DNA of 64,000 nucleotides from Candidatus Lindowbacteria bacterium RIFCSPLOWO2_12_FULL_62_27 (GTDB lineage Bacteria; Lindowbacteria; 2-12-FULL-62-27): NCBI GenBank assembly GCA_001784175.1, contig MFPR01000001.1, positions 124,001 to 188,000 of the forward strand, read 5' to 3'. Shown piece by piece: positions 58,073 to 64,000 of this stretch (position 1 is its first letter; each line of letters starts with the position of its first letter). The notes under the pieces were generated by a model. It saw only the letters and a program-made list of their open reading frames with translations, ran no database searches and was not told where the DNA came from. The position numbers and the translations under genes were made by a program.

Positions 58073-59202
58073 CAACGCGCCTCGCCCCGGCCGGCCGAGT
58101 CGAGCATCGCCTGAAGCTCCTCCACGACAGGATCGCCCGGAGACAGCCGCCGCAATTCCTCCAGCGCGCGGACCGCATCGGCCGGCCGGCCGCGCAGCGC
58201 CGTTCCGCGGATGAAGTCGGCCAAGTACGCCGTTCGAAGTCCCCGGCGATCCAGCGGCGTGTGCTTTCGCTCGCACGGCCCCGGCGTCTCGCCGGTATCC
58301 GACAGCGGCGGTATCCAGAAAGCGTTCACACAGCCGGGATGAAAATCCTCCTCATTCATCAGGATCAACTTCCCGCCAACTTCCCGGGTGATCGCCCAGG
58401 CCAGGCCCGCCACGCGTTCCTCGCGGCTGAGATCTCCGGAAAGAAACGGCAGCGTCGAGACGATCGACACGCCCGGATAAAGACGCGTGTAGCCCGTCAC
58501 CACCCCGCCCGTGACCAGCGCCGTCGGTGGAAGAGAAGTGAGGGAATCGAAGATCAGAAGGTCGTTGGTCAGAATCAGGTCGGCCGGTTTCCCGTTTACC
58601 GGTACCGTCCCCAGCACCACGGACCACGCGAAGACCGACCTGCGGTCCCTTACGGCATCCGCCGCATACGGGCCGGCCCAGAATGGGGTCTTCTCACGCA
58701 ACTGATCGACGGCACGGCCGAACTGCGTCGTGACGGTGTCGAGAATCGCGCGCACGTCCGGGGAATTCTCGTCCATGGAAAAGCTCGGCAGCATCGGCCG
58801 GAATTTTTCCGACCGCAGAAGATCCATGATCCGCGCATACACGAGCCGCTGTTGGTCCTCCGGCAGCGGCTGCCGGGGATCCAGCCGGTAGGCAAATCGC
58901 AGACGCCCGAACGGCTTGACCAGCGCGTCAAATTCCGCCTGCAAGTCTCCCGGCCGGGGCGCGTCCAACCGGACCTTTCGCGACAGGACCGCCTGCAGGT
59001 GCGCTTCGGACCGACGCAGCGCGCGGTCCAATTCCTCCGCCGGCAACACCGGCAGCGTCCCGTCCGTCCACCACGCCACGCGAAGGACGAGGTCGCCCTC
59101 GGCCGGCAGCGGCCCCGCAATCATTTTTTGACCGCACCCGGCGACGGACAGCACGGCCATCGCCGACAACGCCGCCGCAAGCCATCTCCGGATTCTCTTC
59201 AT
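58072..59202 (-). CDS. hypothetical lipoprotein
   Basis: MKRIRRW...VAGC lipobox; coupled to the kinase stop. Confidence 0.7.
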   Translation of the reverse strand: MKRIRRWLAAALSAMAVLSVAGCGQKMIAGPLPAEGDLVLRVAWWTDGTLPVLPAEELDRALRRSEAHLQAVLSRKVRLDAPRPGDLQAEFDALVKPFGRLRFAYRLDPRQPLPEDQQRLVYARIMDLLRSEKFRPMLPSFSMDENSPDVRAILDTVTTQFGRAVDQLREKTPFWAGPYAADAVRDRRSVFAWSVVLGTVPVNGKPADLILTNDLLIFDSLTSLPPTALVTGGVVTGYTRLYPGVSIVSTLPFLSGDLSREERVAGLAWAITREVGGKLILMNEEDFHPGCVNAFWIPPLSDTGETPGPCERKHTPLDRRGLRTAYLADFIRGTALRGRPADAVRALEELRRLSPGDPVVEELQAMLDSAGRGEAR

Positions 59203-61640
59203 CGCGGCCGCCCGCGCCGGTATTCTTCCACGGCGCGCGACGCCTCCCCGGCGCCCGCGTATCGCATGGCCGGATCGCGCGCCAGGAATCCCAGAATGAG
59301 CTGGGTCAGGGCGGACTCGGAAAGAACCTGGTTGTCCAACAGCCGGGCCGGTTCCTCGTTCAGGTGCATGAACATTGTTTCGGCAAGTCCCTCGGCTTTG
59401 AAAAGCGGTTTCCCCGTGAGGCACTCGTAAAAAATGCAGCCGCAGGCGTAGAGGTCGGTTCGATGATCCACTTTTTCTCCACGGACCTGCTCCGGCGACA
59501 TGTAGGCGGCCGTGCCGGCCACCATGCCTTTGCGAAGAATGGACGACTCGGTGGTCACCTTCGCGAGGCCGAAATCCATCAGCTTCACATTTTCCGCCCG
59601 GACGGCGCCGGCGCGGATGAGGATGTTGGCGGGCTTGACGTCGCGATGGACGATGCCGTTTTCATGGGCGTTCTCCAGCGCCGACAGGAGCGCGGCCAGG
59701 ACCGCGAGGGAATCCGGCGGAGACAACGGCCCCCGTTTCAGGAGTTCCTTCAGTGTCGGCCCATCGATGAACTCCATCGCCAGAAGCCATTTCCCGCCTT
59801 CCTTCGCCACATCATAGATCGAAACGATGTTGGGATGGCTGAGCTTCGCTGTCGTCCGCGCCTCCCGGATCAGCATCTCGAGCGCCTCCGAATCCGCGGT
59901 CGATAGAAACTTGAGCGCGACCAGCCGGTCCAGTTTCCGGTCGCGCGCCTTGTGGACCACCCCCATGCCGCCCTCGCCCAGAACTTCGAGCAATTCATAT
60001 CTCGATTCGAGCGCGCCGGCCGGTCGCTGCATGCTGACGGTGCGGTCCACCTCGTGAGCGTCTGCCTCCCGCTCCGCGCGCAGCCGCTCCAGCCGATCGG
60101 CGGCGTCACGAAACTGGTACTCCTTCTCCAGCAGCCGCTCATACAGCGCCACCGCCTTGTTCGCCCTTCCGCCCTCCTCCCAGAGGATGGCCGCCGAATA
60201 GCAAACCTCGGCCCATGTCCCACGGCCCGCTTTTTCCGCGTCGGGCAACGCCGATTCCAGGCGCTTGGCCATCCGCAGTCGCGACGCGTCATCCTCCGAT
60301 CGCGCGATGGCGCCCAGCCGCATCAGTGCGTCCCACCGCGCCTCGCCCTCCAAGAGTTGCTCCAAGCGGTCCCTCGCCTCTCCGAGGCTGCCCGCCGCCT
60401 CCAGGTCCTGCGCCTCCAGCAGCCGGTAATGGTCCGCCGGGTAGCCCATGATTCGCGCGACGTCGTACAAGAGATTCAACAGGGGATACCGGTTCTCCGT
60501 GTTCTTCTCGACATACGCGTGCGCCGTCCGGATGACCGGTTCGGCCAGGTCCTGGTCCAGCCTCAGCGCCCGCCGGAACGCCGGCGCCGCGTCCGCGGCG
60601 GATCGGCACCGCAGAAAAATTTCGGCCAGACGCATGAGGTCGGCGGCGTCCGTCAGCGTTTCTGAAAGCCGCCGGGCGGCTTCAAGGGCTTGCCCGGGAT
60701 CGGCCGCGGCCAGAAGTTCCGCGTAGGCCAGCCCGGCGCCGGCGTCGCCAGCCTGCCATGCCAGCGCGAACGTCCGCCGGGCCTCCTCCATATCGTTTTC
60801 CGCGATCGCCAGCTCGCCGAGCCGCCGGGCCACCTGGGATTGGGTGGGATCGTGGTTTAAGAGCAGCGTGTAGAAATATCGCGCCGAGGACGAATTGCCG
60901 GAGCTGTCCGCCAGATGCGCTCGGTGCGCCAGCGCCCACTCATCGGCGGGCTGTTCCGCCAAAATGGCGTCGAGCAGGCGCTCCGCACGGTCGCTGTGTC
61001 CGGCCTGAATGAAAAAATGCGCGCGGTGGTGAATCGGCAATGACGCGTCGGCCTCCAGCTTCTCCGCCACCGCCGTCTGAACCTGCGCATCGACCGACTG
61101 CAGATGCCCGACGGCCTGATCGAACTCCGAGTCGGCGAGATGTCGCCGCAAAAGTTCGAGGTGCGGTTTCTCCGATTGCCGCTGATGTTGAATCCATGCC
61201 GACAGCGCCTCTTTTGCCTTCGGAATGTCCTCTCCGGCCGACAGCTCGTGATACCAGGCCTCGAAGTAAAACGCCCGGAGATCCGGCTTCAACGCCGCGA
61301 CTTTCACGCCGGCAAGGCTCGGCCCCTGTTTCCCTTCGTGCATCGACCGGTAGGCCAGTTTGACCCGCTCGTCGTCGTGATGGCCGGCCGACGGAAGCGC
61401 CGCCGCAAGTTCGGAGGCCTCCTCCAGCGTGCCGCGTCGGATGAGGCGGTCGAAGAGCGCGGTTCGCGCGGCGTCGAATCGGCCGCCGAATTCCTGCAGG
61501 CGCGGCTTGACGCCCGGAATGAATTCCATCTTCGACAGTTGATCAAGCGCAGCCCGCGCGGCCCTGGCCGAATCGAGGTTGGGCGCGGATTCGAATCGCG
61601 CGATCGCATCCCCGGCCTTTCCCCACGGCAGCAGGCTCAT
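59199..61640 (-). CDS. TPR-repeat Ser/Thr protein kinase (C-terminal kinase domain)
   Basis: LGEGGMG, VALK, HRDVKPAN, DFG, GTAAYMSPEQ; helical repeats upstream. Confidence 0.9.
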   Translation of the reverse strand: MSLLPWGKAGDAIARFESAPNLDSARAARAALDQLSKMEFIPGVKPRLQEFGGRFDAARTALFDRLIRRGTLEEASELAAALPSAGHHDDERVKLAYRSMHEGKQGPSLAGVKVAALKPDLRAFYFEAWYHELSAGEDIPKAKEALSAWIQHQRQSEKPHLELLRRHLADSEFDQAVGHLQSVDAQVQTAVAEKLEADASLPIHHRAHFFIQAGHSDRAERLLDAILAEQPADEWALAHRAHLADSSGNSSSARYFYTLLLNHDPTQSQVARRLGELAIAENDMEEARRTFALAWQAGDAGAGLAYAELLAAADPGQALEAARRLSETLTDAADLMRLAEIFLRCRSAADAAPAFRRALRLDQDLAEPVIRTAHAYVEKNTENRYPLLNLLYDVARIMGYPADHYRLLEAQDLEAAGSLGEARDRLEQLLEGEARWDALMRLGAIARSEDDASRLRMAKRLESALPDAEKAGRGTWAEVCYSAAILWEEGGRANKAVALYERLLEKEYQFRDAADRLERLRAEREADAHEVDRTVSMQRPAGALESRYELLEVLGEGGMGVVHKARDRKLDRLVALKFLSTADSEALEMLIREARTTAKLSHPNIVSIYDVAKEGGKWLLAMEFIDGPTLKELLKRGPLSPPDSLAVLAALLSALENAHENGIVHRDVKPANILIRAGAVRAENVKLMDFGLAKVTTESSILRKGMVAGTAAYMSPEQVRGEKVDHRTDLYACGCIFYECLTGKPLFKAEGLAETMFMHLNEEPARLLDNQVLSESALTQLILGFLARDPAMRYAGAGEASRAVEEYRRGRPR

Positions 61641-63136
61641 TCGACGACCTCCACCAGTTGAAACACAGGCACCGGCCGGGCCTTGCCCTTGATCGACATC
61701 TCCCCGCGCTCCCGCGTGACGACCCGGCCCGCCCGCCGCGCCGTCTCCTCGTCCATCAGAATTTCGCCGGGGCCGGCCAGCCCGCTGAGCCGGGCGGCCA
61801 GGTTGACCGTGTCGCCGATGCACGTGTGTTCCATCCGCTTTTCCCAGCCGATGTTTCCGGAGACCACTTTTCCGGACGTCAGCCCGTATCCCATTTTTGC
61901 GACGATGTTCTTCTCCCGCTGAATCCGCTGCGAAATCCCGTCGACCACCCGGCGGACCTCCAGCGACATCCGGCACGCGCGCCGGGCGTCGTCCGGCTGC
62001 CGGACCGGAGAACCGAACACCGCCATGACGGCGTCGCCGATGAACTTGTCGATCGTTCCCCCGTGATCGAAGATCGTCCGGGCGATTTGCTCGAAGAAGA
62101 GATTCAAAATCCGGACCAGCTCTTCCGCCGCCAGCGTTTCGGAAAGACCCGTGTAGCCGCGGATGTCCGAGAAGAAAATCGTCACGTCCCTGGCTTCGCC
62201 GCCCATTTTCAGGCCGTCCTCCGCCTTCAGCACGTGATCGACCACGTCCCGCGAGACATAGCGCTCCAGCATCGCCTTGTCCCGCTCCACTGCCCGCGCC
62301 GCTTTGCGCACCGTCGCGCCCTCGATGACCGCGCCAATGATGTTGCCGATGACCATCATCCGCCGCAGGTCCGATTCGACGAATGGCAAAAGAGGCGCCT
62401 CCAACTGCAATACGCCGATCACTTCGCCCCCCCGCATAATCGGCGCCGCGAGAAGCGATTCAATGCCGCCGGCGATGAGCGACCGGCCGATTTCCCGGTC
62501 GGCGCCCAACGCGCTCTCGGGCACGTCGCTGAATAGAACCGCGCCGCGCTTTTCGAGGACGCTCCGGATCACTTTGCGGGAAACCGTCGGCGGAGCGCTG
62601 CGCGCGCGGTGGGCCGCAAGTTCGGGCTGGGAAATATTTTTCCAGAGTATGATGCCGGCGGCGGACAGGGACGGAAAATCGCGCATGAGGATGTCGAGCA
62701 GATGCCCGAAAAACGCCGGAAGATCGCGGTCGGCGGTCAGGAGCAGGGATATTTCAAAAAGAACCCGGTCGAAGGAATTCTCCTGAAACAATGGGTCATC
62801 GGCGGGTTTGGTCATGAGCACGCTCATGGATTCCTTCGCCGCTTTCGCCTCCTCCGGCGCAGACGCCATCGGCCGGATCGTCGTCTCGCCGATCCGGATC
62901 GCCGACCCGTTCTCGCAAATGCCGCCCTCCATCACCCGGCCGTCCAGCGACGTGCCGTTGGTGGACCCGAGATCCTCGAAATATATCCCGCCAGCGAGGG
63001 CGCGAATGCGCAGGTGCCGGCCGGATACGGCGGCGTCCTCAAGCCGGAGGTCGCAGTCCTCATGCCGGCCGACAATCATCTCGCCCGCAAGGTCAATCTC
63101 TCGCCCGCCGGTTTTGTCCTGAACGAGAATTTTCAT
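61637..63136 (-). CDS. FHA-GAF-class III adenylate/guanylate cyclase
   Basis: GR...VSGRH...DLGSTNGT (FHA); FSDIRGYT, DKFIGDAVM, GDTVNLAARL, KGK. Confidence 0.92.
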   Translation of the reverse strand: MKILVQDKTGGREIDLAGEMIVGRHEDCDLRLEDAAVSGRHLRIRALAGGIYFEDLGSTNGTSLDGRVMEGGICENGSAIRIGETTIRPMASAPEEAKAAKESMSVLMTKPADDPLFQENSFDRVLFEISLLLTADRDLPAFFGHLLDILMRDFPSLSAAGIILWKNISQPELAAHRARSAPPTVSRKVIRSVLEKRGAVLFSDVPESALGADREIGRSLIAGGIESLLAAPIMRGGEVIGVLQLEAPLLPFVESDLRRMMVIGNIIGAVIEGATVRKAARAVERDKAMLERYVSRDVVDHVLKAEDGLKMGGEARDVTIFFSDIRGYTGLSETLAAEELVRILNLFFEQIARTIFDHGGTIDKFIGDAVMAVFGSPVRQPDDARRACRMSLEVRRVVDGISQRIQREKNIVAKMGYGLTSGKVVSGNIGWEKRMEHTCIGDTVNLAARLSGLAGPGEILMDEETARRAGRVVTRERGEMSIKGKARPVPVFQLVEVVE

Positions 63137-63264
63137 TCATCTTCTCCTGCTTTGTAAAGGATCCAGTCCTTCCATGGTTGTAAAACGTCCGGGATGCCTT
63201 TGTCGTCGGAGGCGCATACGGGCATCGAGGCAAGGACAAACGCGAGCAGGATGGCGACCCTCAT
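63133..63264 (-). CDS. 43-aa signal-peptide-bearing ORF (possible gene remnant)
   Basis: MRVAILLAFVLASMPVCASDDKGIPDVLQPWKDWILYKAGEDE; ATGA overlap with the cyclase start. Confidence 0.5.
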   Translation of the reverse strand: MRVAILLAFVLASMPVCASDDKGIPDVLQPWKDWILYKAGEDE

Positions 63265-63321
63265 CGGAGCTGGAAGCCGCATAGAGGGGAAATGTAGCAG
63301 AGTTTGGGCGGAAGGGCTATT

Positions 63322-63804
63322 CTAAATTATGGCGAAGAAAGAGGCGGGGCTGATGTGGAAGCGTTTGCTGAGGCGTTCGATATGTTCTCTGGAGAGTTTA
63401 CGCTTTCCGTTGAGAATATCGGAGACGACGGATTGACCTCCCAAGTCGTCGGCCAAGTCGTACTGGCTCATTCCATTTTGTTCCATCAAGAACCCAAGCA
63501 TGTTCTCCGGAGAAACCTGCTGTCTTGGATACTCCTTTTTCTCGTACTCCACGATGAATGGAACGATGGCCTCCAGATACCTTTCAATGGCGGCCCGGTG
63601 GGAACGAGTAACATCCTGTTCCAGTTCTTCCATTAAAATTCCGGCGACTTTCGCGTAGTCCTGGTGCATTTGCCGATTCCGGATGGGCATGGGCGGCAAT
63701 AGGTCGTACAGCCGTTTCAGGAACCGGTTTTGAATGGGTCCTTTATAACGCAGTATTTTCTTCTCAAGCGTCTGTATCGTCACGTCAGTCTCTCCAGTCT
63801 CCAT
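63322..63804 (-). CDS. higA: HigA-like HTH antitoxin
   Basis: IVEYE...P..ML.FLMEQ..MSQ.DLA...SVVSDILNGKRKL. Confidence 0.85.
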   Translation of the reverse strand: METGETDVTIQTLEKKILRYKGPIQNRFLKRLYDLLPPMPIRNRQMHQDYAKVAGILMEELEQDVTRSHRAAIERYLEAIVPFIVEYEKKEYPRQQVSPENMLGFLMEQNGMSQYDLADDLGGQSVVSDILNGKRKLSREHIERLSKRFHISPASFFAII

Positions 63805-64000
63805 TGTCGTATTCTGCATGCGTTAAGATGCATTTAATGAAAATGGTACCCAACTTGTAATTGACCACGGAGATCAAACGGTATTTATTGCCCGATACGT
63901 CAAAAATGGTATGAGGCTTGACGTAATCGGCCATTCCGAAGGTCTTTTTCAGTTCAATCGGCGTCTTGAACATGTTGGTTTCGACGGTTTGTACCCATGC
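63785..64000 (-). CDS. higB: HigB toxin (5' end outside the window)
   Basis: ADYV...IFDVSGNKYRLI...THAEYD. Confidence 0.85.
   Translation of the reverse strand, partial: AWVQTVETNMFKTPIELKKTFGMADYVKPHTIFDVSGNKYRLISVVNYKLGTIFIKCILTHAEYDNGDWRD

Overview
GC-rich bacterial chromosome segment in three parts. (1) 1-23.4 kb, nearly all + strand: a flagellar operon (fliM-fliY/N-maf-fliOPQR-flhBAF-two hypotheticals-fliA), tRNA-Arg(UCG), csp, then rplU-prp-rpmA-obgE-proBA-nadD-yqeK-LCP-amidohydrolase-crp-birA. (2) 23351-34390: an 11,011-bp element between two copies of a dif (XerCD) site. It carries a PM2/corticovirus-like virion module (double-jelly-roll capsid, packaging ATPase, small membrane proteins, putative spike genes, transglycosylase, holin-like gene, LamG protein), a vapBC pair and no recognisable integrase. 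Its only replication candidate is a MOBF relaxase-SF1 helicase (TrwC/TraA-like) gene cut in two by the attachment site. Joining the two ends by hand gives one uninterrupted 929-codon ORF through the dif site. The only 3 nt that differ between the two dif copies turn a TAA stop into CTT in that frame. This looks like a Xer-exploiting tailless prophage whose replication gene is switched on by excision. (3) 34.4-64 kb, mostly - strand: opp transporter, cNMP phosphodiesterase, leuCD, M3 peptidase, secG, a stand-alone S74 chaperone domain, mqnD, DHH protein, rlmI-like methyltransferase, a 50-bp perfect palindrome, a frameshifted IS1380, TA pairs, ubiX, amrS, aldo/keto reductase, and an FHA-GAF-cyclase/TPR-kinase operon. 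All family calls come from motif recognition by eye; no searches were run.
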